NCBI RefSeq assembly: GCF_014280175.1
Contig: NZ_CP047931.1
Location: 240,001-272,000, forward strand
Length of the DNA: 32,000 nt
Direction of reading: 5' to 3'
Origin: Synechococcus sp. A15-28
GTDB lineage: Bacteria; Cyanobacteriota; Cyanobacteriia; PCC-6307; Cyanobiaceae
Shown here piece after piece: positions 1 to 9,203 of this stretch (positions are counted from its first letter, which is position 1; each line of letters opens with the position of its first letter). A program made the position numbers and the translations under genes. Under the pieces are notes generated by a model that worked only from the letters and a program-made list of their open reading frames with translations, ran no database searches and was not told the origin of the DNA.

Positions 1-1
1 C

Positions 2-175
2 GACCGATCCCATGAGCAGCGCTGGGGCCCCCGCAGCCTTGATCTGGACCTGCTGTTCTGGGGTGAGCTGCGGCTGGAGCACCCGCGCCTGCTGCTGCCC
101 CACCCGCGCCTGCACCTCAGGACCTTTGTGCTGGCGCCGTTGCTGCAGGCGATGCAGGGGTCGGCTTCACGGTGA
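2..175 (+). CDS. folK: 2-amino-4-hydroxy-6-hydroxymethyldihydropteridine pyrophosphokinase, C-terminal fragment (truncated by window edge)
   Basis: Frame starting at base 2 translates to DRSHEQRWGPRSLDLDLLFWGELRLEHPRLLLPHPRLHLRTFVLAPLLQAMQGSASR*, matching the HPPK signature RSLDLDLLFWG...LPHPRLHLRTFVLAPL. Confidence 0.9.
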   Translation, partial: DRSHEQRWGPRSLDLDLLFWGELRLEHPRLLLPHPRLHLRTFVLAPLLQAMQGSASR

Positions 176-1868
176 TTACCTGATCGGCCTGGGCCAGGAG
201 CTCCGGGTCGTGACTGCTGATCAGCATCAGCCGTTGCTGGGCGCGTTCCTGAACCACGGAACGAACCTGCGCAGCGGCCTTGGCATCGAGAAAGGCTGTG
301 GGTTCATCGAGCACCTCCAGCGGCTTGTCGCGCAACCAGGCCCGTAGCAGCCCGAGCCGATGAATCTCTCCGCCGGAGAAGGGATCCTGCGCCAGGGCCA
401 GCGGTGCATCCAGCCCGCCAGGGCGTTCCAGCAAGTGGCTCAGCCCCAGCCGTTGCAGCCAGGTTTCGATCGCCTCCTGGTGCTGATCGGCCCCCAGCAG
501 CAGGTTGTCGCGCAGGCTCGCTTCAAACAGCACAGCGTTCTGAGGGGCGTAGGCGATCAGCTGGTGCATCTGCCGTGCGCCTGCCAGCCCGCTCAGTCGC
601 CACGTTTTGCCGGCGCAGCACAGCTGCCACGCACTGTCTTCCTCGTTGAGCAGTCCACAGATGCGATCGATCAATGTCGTCTTGCCGCTGCCGGAGGGGC
701 CAGTGAGCGCCACCAGCCCGTTGGCACTCAGGCAAAGGGATGTCAAGCCTGGGGAAGCGTTATCGCTGCTGCTCCAGTGCAGCTCGCTCCATGGTGCAGT
801 GGAGAGCGTCGTCAGGTTGGTTTCAGCAATGGTCTGGTCGCTGGTTTCGCCCTGGCGGGGAATCAGCTGTCCGCGTCGCTGGCACAGGGCTTCGTAGCCC
901 GGCAGGTTGCCCAGGCAGAGCCTGCGGGCCTGCACCACGGTGCTGAGGGAGGCGCTGGAGCGGTAGGCCAGCACCAGGGTGGTGGTGAGCGTTTCGCCGC
1001 TCAGATCCTCGCCCTGCATCAGCATCCACAGCCCGGCGACGGCCACCACCAGGGTGTCGCGCCAAGCGTTGTAGCTGGCTCGGCGGCGAACCCGTTCCTG
1101 CAGCAGCCAACGCCCCTCCGCCGTGTCCTTGGCGAAGCGCTGCAGCAGCCATCCCTCCGCTGTTGCGGCGCGCAGGGCTTTCAGGCCATGCAGCCCATCC
1201 CCGACCGTTCTCTGCAGCGCTGCATTCAGCCGGCTCTGGATGCGGCCGAGACCCCAGCTGCCGGAGCGCTGCAGCAGGGCGGCGGCTGTGGTGGCCAGCA
1301 GGGCGAGCAACAGCGGCCAGGCGGCGGTTCGGCCCACCAGCACCACGCTGGCGAGGTAGATGCCCATGGCCAGCAGCGACTGCCCCAACCGCACCGCCTG
1401 ATCCAGGCTCAGGGCTGTGCGGTTGATGTCGGCCATCAGCAGGGCGAGCAGTTCACCGCGCCCCAGCCGATCCAGCTGGGCTGAGGAGGCCTCGAACACC
1501 TGATGTAGCAGCTGTTGCCGCAGCCGGTCGGTGAAGCCGGAGCGCAATCGCTCCCGCTGGATGTCCACCTTGGCCTGGATCAGGCCCCGCAGCAGGATCA
1601 GACCCACGAGCATTCCCAGACTTCCCGCCACGGGCAGGCCCTGGATCAGTGCAGGTGAACCGCTGCCCAGCAGCAGCGTCACCGCCAGCCCCAGGCCGGC
1701 GATGTCGAGCAGGCTGTTGAGACTGCTCAGCCCGCTCAACCAGGCCAGGTGCCGCCAGCCCGCTTCCCGAGCCAGGGCTTTGAGCAGCTGGATCTGCCGC
1801 AGGCGGGCCAGCTGTGGTGGACCTGTTTCGCGCAAAGCGGACGACGGGGGACTGGGTTCACCCGCCAT
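117..1868 (-). CDS. ABC transporter, fused transmembrane and ATP-binding domains
   Basis: Start MAGEPSPPSS. N-terminal hydrophobic segments, Walker A GPSGSGKT, signature-like FSGGE, Walker B-like LEVLDEPTA, and H-loop SSHD. The longer 718-aa ORF is an artefact running antisense through the NUDIX gene. Confidence 0.85.
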   Translation of the reverse strand: MAGEPSPPSSALRETGPPQLARLRQIQLLKALAREAGWRHLAWLSGLSSLNSLLDIAGLGLAVTLLLGSGSPALIQGLPVAGSLGMLVGLILLRGLIQAKVDIQRERLRSGFTDRLRQQLLHQVFEASSAQLDRLGRGELLALLMADINRTALSLDQAVRLGQSLLAMGIYLASVVLVGRTAAWPLLLALLATTAAALLQRSGSWGLGRIQSRLNAALQRTVGDGLHGLKALRAATAEGWLLQRFAKDTAEGRWLLQERVRRRASYNAWRDTLVVAVAGLWMLMQGEDLSGETLTTTLVLAYRSSASLSTVVQARRLCLGNLPGYEALCQRRGQLIPRQGETSDQTIAETNLTTLSTAPWSELHWSSSDNASPGLTSLCLSANGLVALTGPSGSGKTTLIDRICGLLNEEDSAWQLCCAGKTWRLSGLAGARQMHQLIAYAPQNAVLFEASLRDNLLLGADQHQEAIETWLQRLGLSHLLERPGGLDAPLALAQDPFSGGEIHRLGLLRAWLRDKPLEVLDEPTAFLDAKAAAQVRSVVQERAQQRLMLISSHDPELLAQADQVITVKPTPASPAATAPAQRS

Positions 1869-1895
1869 GCTGGGCCCCAGCAATGCCTGTGTCCC

Positions 1896-2459
1896 ATGGC
1901 GCCCCTGCCGTCGCCAGAACCGTTTGATCTGCTGGAAACGGTGGAGGTGGTGAATGTCCGCAAACTCCGCTTCGAGCGCAATCGGATCAAGTTGCCGATG
2001 GGAGTGGAGGCCACCTTCGGGATGATTCGCCACCCCGGCGCCTCCCTGGCGGTGCCGATCACCGAAGACGGTCAGGTGGTGTTGCTGCGCCAATACCGCT
2101 TTGCGGTGCAGGCCCGGCTGCTGGAATTCCCTGCAGGCACGCTGGAAGAGGGCGAAGACCCTCTGGAATCGATGCAGCGGGAACTGGGGGAAGAGGCGGG
2201 CTACAGCGCGGCGCGTTGGGATGCTCTTGGTCCGATGCTCCCCTGCCCGGGCTACTCCGACGAGGTGATCCATTGCTTCCTGGCCCGCGAGCTCACTCCT
2301 CTGGAGAACCCGCCTGCGGGTGATGACGACGAGGACCTCGAGGTGGTGTTGATGACCCCCATGGATCTCGATGCCCGGCTTGGATCCGGTGATGAATGGC
2401 TGGATGGCAAGAGTGTCACCGCCTGGTATCGCGCCAAACAGCTCTTGGGTCTGGGATGA
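1896..2459 (+). CDS. NUDIX hydrolase (ADP-ribose pyrophosphatase-like)
   Basis: MAPLPSPEPFDLLETVEVVNVRKLRFE...; NUDIX box-like GTLEEGEDPLESMQRELGEEAGY. Confidence 0.9.
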   Translation: MAPLPSPEPFDLLETVEVVNVRKLRFERNRIKLPMGVEATFGMIRHPGASLAVPITEDGQVVLLRQYRFAVQARLLEFPAGTLEEGEDPLESMQRELGEEAGYSAARWDALGPMLPCPGYSDEVIHCFLARELTPLENPPAGDDDEDLEVVLMTPMDLDARLGSGDEWLDGKSVTAWYRAKQLLGLG

Positions 2460-3889
2460 CGACCACGCGTGTTCTGTTCTGGCACCGCCGCGACCTGCGC
2501 CTGGCGGACAACCTCGGTTTGGCGGCCGCTGCGGAGATCAGCCCGGCGGTGACCGGGGTCTATGTGCTCGACCCGCAGGTGATCGCGCCCCCAGAGCACC
2601 TGCCGCCGATGGCTCCTGCGCGGCTGTGGTTCCTGATTGAGAGCCTCGTGGAATTGCAGCAGCGCTGGCGCGAGGCCGGCAGTCGCCTGCTGGTTGTGGA
2701 AGGAGACCCCGTGGCGTTGTTGCCGCAGCTGGCGGAGCAGATCGGCGCTTCAGCGGTGGTCTGGAACAAGGATGTGGAGCCCTACGCCCGCGAGCGCGAC
2801 CGGCAGGTGGCCCGGCAGCTGCAGGCCGATGGCCGCAGGGTGGTGGTCGACTGGGATCAGTTGCTGATCGCGCCGGAGCTGCTCAAGACCGGCGGTGGTG
2901 ATCCTTATCGCGTCTACGGCCCGTTCCTGCGCAACTGGCGCGGCCAGGTGCAGGCCAAGCAGACCAGCACGGTTGCAGCCCCCACGGGGTTGGTGGATCT
3001 GCCGCCGGAACTGGTGCCGGCTGGTGATCCCCTGGCGGAACGACGGGACTGCCATGGCTTCAAGGGCACCGAGATCTGCCCCTGTCGCCCCGGCGAGGCG
3101 GCGGCGATGCAGCAACTCACCACGTTCTGCGATGGGCCGCTGCTCGGCTACGAACCCGACCGTAATTTCCCCGGCACCGCCAGTACCTCGTATCTGAGTG
3201 CGGCCCTGAGTGTGGGCACCCTCAGTCCGCGCCAGGCCTGGTGTGCCGCCCAAGACACCCGCGACCAGGCCCGCAGCGAGGAGCAGCTGCAGGCCATCAC
3301 CGTTTGGGAGCAAGAGTTGTGCTGGCGCGAGTTTTACCAGCAGGCCCTGTTCCATTTCCCCGAGCTGGCCGATGGCCCTTACCGCGAGCAGTGGCGCCGT
3401 TTCCCCTGGGAGAACAACCAGGACTGGTTCGACTTCTGGAAGGATGGCCAGACCGGCATGCCGATCATTGATGCCGCCATGCGTCAGCTCAACCAGACCG
3501 GCTGGATGCACAACCGCTGCCGCATGATCGTGGCCTCTTATCTGGTCAAGGACCTCATCTGTGACTGGCGCTGGGGCGAGCGAGCCTTCATGGAGCTGGA
3601 GGTGGATGGGGATCTGGCCGCCAACAATGGCGGCTGGCAATGGAGTGCCAGCAGCGGCATGGATCCCAAGCCCCTGCGCATCTTCAATCCGGCCACCCAG
3701 GCATCCAAGTTCGATTCAGCGGGTGACTACATCCGCCAGTGGGTGCCGGAGCTCCGCCACGTGAATACCAAGGATTTGCTCAGTGGTGAGATTGGTGGAC
3801 TCGAGCGGCGGGATTACCCCGAACAGCTGGTCAATCACAAAACCCAGCAGGCGAAATTCAAGGCGCTTTACGCAACCATCCGCTCCTGA
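2456..3889 (+). CDS. phrA: deoxyribodipyrimidine photo-lyase (full length)
   Basis: MTTTRVLFWHRRDLRLADNLGL...; C-terminal FAD domain with ELCWREFYQQ, WMHNRCRMIVASYLVKDL, GGWQWSASSGMD. 4-bp ATGA overlap with the NUDIX gene. Confidence 0.95.
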   Translation: MTTTRVLFWHRRDLRLADNLGLAAAAEISPAVTGVYVLDPQVIAPPEHLPPMAPARLWFLIESLVELQQRWREAGSRLLVVEGDPVALLPQLAEQIGASAVVWNKDVEPYARERDRQVARQLQADGRRVVVDWDQLLIAPELLKTGGGDPYRVYGPFLRNWRGQVQAKQTSTVAAPTGLVDLPPELVPAGDPLAERRDCHGFKGTEICPCRPGEAAAMQQLTTFCDGPLLGYEPDRNFPGTASTSYLSAALSVGTLSPRQAWCAAQDTRDQARSEEQLQAITVWEQELCWREFYQQALFHFPELADGPYREQWRRFPWENNQDWFDFWKDGQTGMPIIDAAMRQLNQTGWMHNRCRMIVASYLVKDLICDWRWGERAFMELEVDGDLAANNGGWQWSASSGMDPKPLRIFNPATQASKFDSAGDYIRQWVPELRHVNTKDLLSGEIGGLERRDYPEQLVNHKTQQAKFKALYATIRS

Positions 3890-5109
3890 TTGCCAGCCAA
3901 AGGCAAGGGCGTTGGACTGGACTGATCCAGCACCTGTTTCACGGTGTCGATCACGGTCTGTTGCTGCTCCTGACTCAGTTCCGGGAAGATCGGCAGGCTT
4001 AGCACCTGGCTGCAGAGTTGCTCAGTCACTGGCAGGGAACCCTGCTCGAGACCCAGACCGGCATAGGCCGGTTGGCGGTGAATCGGTATGGGGTAATAGA
4101 TGATCGTGTTCACGCCGCGCTCCATCAGGGTCTGCTTCAGCCAGTCGCGGCAGCAGCTTTCCGGGAGTCCGTGGCTCGAGCTGGTGGCCGACGGTGAGCA
4201 ACGGGCGTTGCAAAGGGGCTGGCCGGTGGGGCAGCTGCCGATGCGCACCACGAACTGATTCCAGCTGTGACCGTCGTCAGTTGTGGGAAGGGTGAGGCCT
4301 TTCAGATCTGCCAGAGCGTCCCGGTACCTAGTTGCGATAGCGGTTCGGTTGCTGATCCACTCCCCCAGCTTGGGCAGCTTCACATTCAGAACGGCTGCCT
4401 GCATGGCGTCGAGGCGGCTGTTGTAACCGAGAGCCGTGTGCAGGTAACGCTTCGGCATGCCGTGGACCGCCAGCTCACGCATGGTTTGAGCCAGGGCGTC
4501 ATCGTTGCTGGTGGCTGCACCGCCATCCCCTGCCGCACCGAGATTCTTCGTCGGGAAGAAGCTGAAGCAGCCCACATCACCGAAGCTGCCGACGGGTTTG
4601 CCGTTCCAATGGGCTCCGCTGGCCTGGGCACAGTCCTCAACCACCTTGAGGTTGTGGGCTTCGGCGATGGCCATCAGGCGGTCCATATCCACCGGTCTGC
4701 CAAACAGATGCACAGGCATCAAGGCCTTCGTCGCCGGCGTGACCGCCGCTTCGATCTGATCCAGATCGATCAGGTAAGTGGTGGGGTCCACATCCACGAA
4801 CACGGGCGTGGCACCGACGGCGCTGATGGCCTCAGCGGTGGCAAAAAAACTGAAGGAGCAGGTGATCACTTCGTCGCCCGCGCCAATGTCCAGAGCTCGC
4901 AGGGCCAGGATCAGGGCATCGGTGCCGCTGTTGCAGCCCACGGCGTGGCTGCAGCCGAGGCTAGAGGCAAAAGAGTCTTCAAATTGCTTGATCTGCGGCC
5001 CGCCGATGTACTGGCCGCTTCGCAATACATTCAGCACCGCCTCTTCGAGGTCCTGGCCCAGATCGCTGATCTGCTGGCTGAGGCTGAAGGGGGGAACCTG
5101 CATAAACAA
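3868..5109 (-). CDS. DegT/DnrJ/EryC1/StrS-family PLP-dependent aminotransferase
   Basis: GTDALILALRALDIGAGDEVIT, PVHLFGRPVDMD, VVEDCAQASGA, SFFPTKNLGAAGDGGA (PLP-Lys region). Confidence 0.95.
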   Translation of the reverse strand: MFMQVPPFSLSQQISDLGQDLEEAVLNVLRSGQYIGGPQIKQFEDSFASSLGCSHAVGCNSGTDALILALRALDIGAGDEVITCSFSFFATAEAISAVGATPVFVDVDPTTYLIDLDQIEAAVTPATKALMPVHLFGRPVDMDRLMAIAEAHNLKVVEDCAQASGAHWNGKPVGSFGDVGCFSFFPTKNLGAAGDGGAATSNDDALAQTMRELAVHGMPKRYLHTALGYNSRLDAMQAAVLNVKLPKLGEWISNRTAIATRYRDALADLKGLTLPTTDDGHSWNQFVVRIGSCPTGQPLCNARCSPSATSSSHGLPESCCRDWLKQTLMERGVNTIIYYPIPIHRQPAYAGLGLEQGSLPVTEQLCSQVLSLPIFPELSQEQQQTVIDTVKQVLDQSSPTPLPLAGNQERMVA

Positions 5110-5122
5110 AATCTTAAGCGGA

Positions 5123-5707
5123 TCAGCCGAACCACTCCGGCTCCTGTCCGGGATTCCATTTCACGTTGCAGCCCACCGAGGCGGTCTGGTTGGGATTCAC
5201 AGTGCTGCCGCTTAGGACCGCCTCCAGAGCGGCCCGCAGGTCAACACCGTTGAGCGGCACGTCGTTGCCGGGGCGGCTGCCATCCAGCTGACCGCGGTAC
5301 CGGAGCGTCTGCGGTCCATCTCCATCAGCCGCAAAGAGGTAAAACTCCGGGGTGCAGGCGGCTCTGAGATCGCGGGCCAGGCGTTGCTGTTCATCCAGCA
5401 GATAGGGAAAACGCCAGCCGTGGCGACGGGCCTGGTCCGCCAGCTGCTCCGGGCCGTCTTGGGGATGGGTGATCAGGCTGTTGCTGCTGACCGCCAGCAG
5501 CTGAACCGCCGTGCCGTAGTCCCGCTCCAGTCGGCTCAGTTCCGGTTCCACATGCTTGACGAACGGGCAATGGGCGCAGATCACCATCAGCAGCACTGGC
5601 CGCCCATCCAGGTCGGCGTTGCTGATGCTGCCCCCTGCGACCGCCGGCAGTGAGAACGCCGGTAGGGGAGTGTCCAGAGCCAGCATCGTGGAGGGTGTGA
5701 GGGCCAT
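5123..5707 (-). CDS. thioredoxin-like / AhpC-TSA family protein
   Basis: PAFSLPAVAGGSISNADLDGRPVLLMVICAHCPFVKHVEPEL (CxxC), CTPEFYLF, C-terminal VGCNVKWNPGQEPEWF. Confidence 0.85.
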   Translation of the reverse strand: MALTPSTMLALDTPLPAFSLPAVAGGSISNADLDGRPVLLMVICAHCPFVKHVEPELSRLERDYGTAVQLLAVSSNSLITHPQDGPEQLADQARRHGWRFPYLLDEQQRLARDLRAACTPEFYLFAADGDGPQTLRYRGQLDGSRPGNDVPLNGVDLRAALEAVLSGSTVNPNQTASVGCNVKWNPGQEPEWFG

Positions 5708-5765
5708 GGCGATTCCTGCAGATCCGTCGTGTTGCTATCAGGATGACCGCAGCTCGAGAAGTGCG

Positions 5766-6281
5766 ATGCAGCGCGGGCTGGCCATGGCAGGGGTGATGCT
5801 GTTGCTTGGTTGTTCGGCGCCAGCGGACCCCCCCAGCTGGCGCGTGATTCCCCTGCAGCGCTACGCCCCCCACGACGGTTTGGCGGTGGTGAACCAACCG
5901 GATGGCTACGGACTGCACATCTTTCTGGAGACGGACACCAGCGATCCAGCGATCTGCAGACCCCGTTGGCTGCCGGACCCAGCGCGTCTGTTCAACGGCA
6001 ATGGCACCACCCCGTTCAGTTCCGGTCTGGCGACCCGTGCTGAGTTCTTTGCGGCGGTGGCACGCAAGGACGTGACCAAGGCTTTGCAGCGGGAGTTGGA
6101 AGCCCTCTGCCAGCAGCGTGCCCCCGATGCCCAATGGGTCTGGAGCGAGCCACCACGATCGGAAGCGGAGGTGGTGCCCGTGCGTCTGCCGGCCCTGGAA
6201 CAAGGGGAACTGCTCACCAATCCCGTCGATGAGCTGGAGCGGGTGGAAGCGTTGCTGCGCAATCAGCCTGCGGCCGAGTAG
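5766..6281 (+). CDS. putative lipoprotein of unknown function
   Basis: MQRGLAMAGVMLLLGCSAPADPP...: signal peptide with LLGC lipobox. In frame with the longer 5556..6281 ORF. Confidence 0.7.
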   Translation: MQRGLAMAGVMLLLGCSAPADPPSWRVIPLQRYAPHDGLAVVNQPDGYGLHIFLETDTSDPAICRPRWLPDPARLFNGNGTTPFSSGLATRAEFFAAVARKDVTKALQRELEALCQQRAPDAQWVWSEPPRSEAEVVPVRLPALEQGELLTNPVDELERVEALLRNQPAAE

Positions 6282-6703
6282 CTCTCCCACACCACCGGCT
6301 CCGCCTCGCGCCAGTAGCGGCTGAAGCGCCCAAGCCGTGGTGGCCGAGGCAATTCGACGAAAGGCTCAGGATCCAGTTCCTGCAAAGGCAGCTCCGCTTC
6401 GATGGCATCGGCGATCCGTTGCAGGCGCGGATCCACGGCGGTGCTGGTCACCACGCCATCCGCCCCATGGCGATGTGCGAAGGCGATCACTTCGGCCGCC
6501 ACATCCCCCTTGCGCAACGTGAGTGGGAGCTCGAGGGCGTTTTCGTAGAGAAAACCAAGGCGTTTGCGGCTGATCCGGGCGGCCTCAATCCAATTCGTGT
6601 CAAAGACGAATAGCGCTGGCGCATCCGGCCAGGCCCGCAGGGCTGGGTTGGCGGGTCCAAGGGCTTCTTCGTGAACCCAGAGAATCGGTCGTTGCAGAGT
6701 CAT
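6263..6703 (-). CDS. stand-alone photolyase N-terminal (alpha/beta, antenna-type) domain protein
   Basis: MTLQRPILWVHEEALGPANPALRAWPDAPALFVFD... resembles the start of photolyases (ILWFRRDLRLxDNPAL....VFVFD) but ends after the Rossmann-like domain, with no FAD-binding domain. Confidence 0.7.
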   Translation of the reverse strand: MTLQRPILWVHEEALGPANPALRAWPDAPALFVFDTNWIEAARISRKRLGFLYENALELPLTLRKGDVAAEVIAFAHRHGADGVVTSTAVDPRLQRIADAIEAELPLQELDPEPFVELPRPPRLGRFSRYWREAEPVVWESYSAAG

Positions 6704-6719
6704 GGCTTCCAGTCGGTAT

Positions 6720-7640
6720 CTATCGCTTGGGGCGGGCCAGGGCAGCACTGGCGCCCCCCTTCCCCTGTTGGCGGTTGTTCGGCCGTCGGTCCCGACGGTT
6801 GCGGTCGTTGCCGCTGTCCCGAATGGCCGGCATCGGGGCAAACAGCTGACTCTCCAACTGGTCGTAACTGCCCTCGAAGGGGCAACGGCTGGCGCTGGGA
6901 CAGCCATCGCAATAGCGGCCATCGCTGTAGCGCTCCAAGTTGCCCCGATTGAAGAAGTAAGGCTTGTGGCTGAAGCTGCTGGCGACCCACTGCCAACTGA
7001 GGTGGTTGCTGGCGGGATCGCCGTCCAGCAAGTGTTCGAGGAACCAGTCGGCGCCGGCTTTCCAATGCACCCGACGCCAGTGCACCAGCCAGGCGGCCAT
7101 CCACATGCGGGCGTGGTTGTGCAGCCAACCCGTCGTCACCAGCTCGGTGCGGAAGCCATCCATGCAGGCCAGCCCGGTGCGGCCGTCGCGCACGTCTTCG
7201 GGTAGCTCCCTGGCGTAGGAGCTGGCGTCGTGGCCTGTCTTGAACGCCTCCTGGTCGTTGTGGATGCCATCGCCCAGATCCAGCCACATCCGCTGCCAGA
7301 AGTCGCGCCAGCCCAGCTCGTTGATCAGCTTGCCGCCGTCGTCCCGTTTGCGGATGCGTTGAAACACGGCATCACGCACCTCCGCCAGCGTCAGCACGCC
7401 GTGGCGGATGAAGGGGGAAAGGCCGGTGACGGCACCCTTCAGGTGATTGCGGCTTTTGGCGTAGCGGGACGGCTGCACCTTCGCCAGTTTGGCGTCGGCA
7501 GCCTGGCGGCCGCCGTGGATCGGGCTGAGGGGACCCTCCGCGCTGGGGAATTCCTGAGTCAGCAGCGCCTCGAGGGAGTCTCTTGAGGCGAACTGACGGG
7601 GCAGATCGCCGGGATGGGGGGCTGACGGGGTGCTGGGCAC
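6720..7640 (-). CDS. stand-alone photolyase/cryptochrome FAD-binding domain protein
   Basis: LSPFIRHGVLTLAEV, NELGWRDFWQRMW, LACMDGFRTELVTTGWLHNHARMWMAAWLVHW, WFLEHLLDGDPASNHLSWQWVASSFSHKPYFFNRGNLE, Cys-rich YCDGCPSASRCPFEGSYDQLESQLF. GTG start at 7640 (VPSTPSAPH) is a guess; the upstream extension overlaps the fabI start. Confidence 0.8.
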   Translation of the reverse strand: MPSTPSAPHPGDLPRQFASRDSLEALLTQEFPSAEGPLSPIHGGRQAADAKLAKVQPSRYAKSRNHLKGAVTGLSPFIRHGVLTLAEVRDAVFQRIRKRDDGGKLINELGWRDFWQRMWLDLGDGIHNDQEAFKTGHDASSYARELPEDVRDGRTGLACMDGFRTELVTTGWLHNHARMWMAAWLVHWRRVHWKAGADWFLEHLLDGDPASNHLSWQWVASSFSHKPYFFNRGNLERYSDGRYCDGCPSASRCPFEGSYDQLESQLFAPMPAIRDSGNDRNRRDRRPNNRQQGKGGASAALARPKR

Positions 7641-7722
7641 CGGCCTTCTGAAGCGAGCGAGCCGAGATCCTGGCGGGGGATGGGGGAGAATCGCGCGATG
7701 CAACCCGTTCCGGTCCGTTTCG

Positions 7723-8505
7723 ATGCTGCTTGATCTCACCGGCAAGAAGATCCTCGTCACCGGCATCGCCAACAACCGATCGATCGCCTGGGGCATCGCG
7801 CAGCAGTTGAAGGCGGCCGGCGCCGAACTCGGCATCACCTATCTGCCCGATGAAAAGGGCCGCTTCGAAGCCAAGGTGCGCGAACTCACCGCACCGCTGG
7901 AGCCCAGCCTGTTCCTGCCCCTGAATGTGCAGGACGCCGACCAGATGGCCGAGGTCTTCGCGGAGATCAAGGAGAAGTGGGGCGTTCTTGATGGCCTCGT
8001 GCACTGCCTGGCCTTCGCCGGCAAGGAGGAGCTGATCGGCGACTACAGCGCCACCACGGCGGAAGGCTTTGCCCGCTCCCTTGATATCAGCGCTTATTCC
8101 CTGGCCCCCCTCTGCGCCCATGCCAAGCCGCTGTTCAGCGAGAAGGCCGGCGTGATCACGCTCTCGTACCTCGGCGCAGAGCGGGCCATTCCCAATTACA
8201 ACGTGATGGGCGTGGCCAAGGCGGCCCTGGAGGCCTCCGTCCGCTACCTGGCTGCTGAGCTGGGTCCGGAGAAGCAGGTGCGCGTCAACGCCATCAGTGC
8301 CGGCCCGATCCGCACCCTGGCCAGCTCCGCCATCGGCGGCATCCTCGACATGATCCACAACGTGGAGGAGAAAGCTCCCCTGCGCCGCACCGTGACCCAG
8401 ATGGAGGTGGGCGGCACCGCAGCCTTCCTGCTCAGCGATCTGGCCAGCGGCATCTCCGGACAGACCATTTACGTGGATGCGGGCTACTGCGTCACCGGCA
8501 TGTGA
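7723..8505 (+). CDS. fabI: enoyl-[acyl-carrier-protein] reductase (NADH)
   Basis: [29 protein letters not shown]...; [30 protein letters not shown]; [16 protein letters not shown]. Confidence 0.97.
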   Translation: MLLDLTGKKILVTGIANNRSIAWGIAQQLKAAGAELGITYLPDEKGRFEAKVRELTAPLEPSLFLPLNVQDADQMAEVFAEIKEKWGVLDGLVHCLAFAGKEELIGDYSATTAEGFARSLDISAYSLAPLCAHAKPLFSEKAGVITLSYLGAERAIPNYNVMGVAKAALEASVRYLAAELGPEKQVRVNAISAGPIRTLASSAIGGILDMIHNVEEKAPLRRTVTQMEVGGTAAFLLSDLASGISGQTIYVDAGYCVTGM

Positions 8506-9143
8506 GGCAGCATGAGGACAGCGGAGCAGCGGTGATGGCACGTCAGGGGGAGATCCATCGGGTCACCGGTGAAACCGATGTGAAGGTGCGGCTGGACCTG
8601 GACGGTTCCGGCCAGTGCCAGGCCAGCACCGGCGTGCCGTTCCTCGATCACATGCTTCATCAGATCAGCAGCCACGGCCTGATCGATCTGGACGTCAATG
8701 CGGTGGGCGATACCCACATCGATGATCACCACACCAATGAGGACGTGGGCATCGCCGTGGGCCAGGCCCTGGCTCAGGCCCTGGGGGACCGACGTGGCAT
8801 CCATCGCTTCGGTCATTTCGTGGCGCCCCTGGATGAGGCCCTGGTGCAGGTGGCCCTGGATTGTTCCGGCCGTCCCCACCTCAGCTACAGCCTGATCATT
8901 TCCAGCCAGAAGATCGGTACCTACGACACTGAGCTCGTGAAGGAGTTCTTCGTGGCGGTGGTCAACAACAGCGGGCTGACCCTCCACATCCGCCAGCTGG
9001 ACGGGGCCAACTCCCACCACATCGTGGAGGCCTGTTTCAAGGCGTTTTCGCGCGCCTTGCGCATGGCCACAGAAATCGATCCCCGCCGGGCTGGCGCGAT
9101 CCCCAGCAGCAAAGGCGTCCTGGAGCAGGCCGGCGCCAACTGA
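8502..9143 (+). CDS. hisB: imidazoleglycerol-phosphate dehydratase
   Basis: [70 protein letters not shown]. 4-bp overlap with fabI; an internal start MARQGEIHR is also possible. Confidence 0.95.
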   Translation: MRQHEDSGAAVMARQGEIHRVTGETDVKVRLDLDGSGQCQASTGVPFLDHMLHQISSHGLIDLDVNAVGDTHIDDHHTNEDVGIAVGQALAQALGDRRGIHRFGHFVAPLDEALVQVALDCSGRPHLSYSLIISSQKIGTYDTELVKEFFVAVVNNSGLTLHIRQLDGANSHHIVEACFKAFSRALRMATEIDPRRAGAIPSSKGVLEQAGAN

Positions 9144-9203
9144 GGCCGGCTGCGCGCTTCACAGTCCGTTACGAGAGGATGGTGCCACGTTGACCCTCCG
9201 CCC

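Noticed and set aside
1869-2273. N-terminal extension of the 718-aa minus-strand ORF
   Set aside because: This segment reads antisense through the NUDIX gene; the real ABC transporter start is most likely MAGEPSPPSS at 1868.
4267-5253. 328-aa plus-strand ORF opposite the aminotransferase
   Set aside because: Antisense of a well-supported DegT-family gene.
7372-8541. 389-aa minus-strand ORF opposite fabI
   Set aside because: fabI on the plus strand is unambiguous; the antisense product is His/Gln/Gly-rich without domains.
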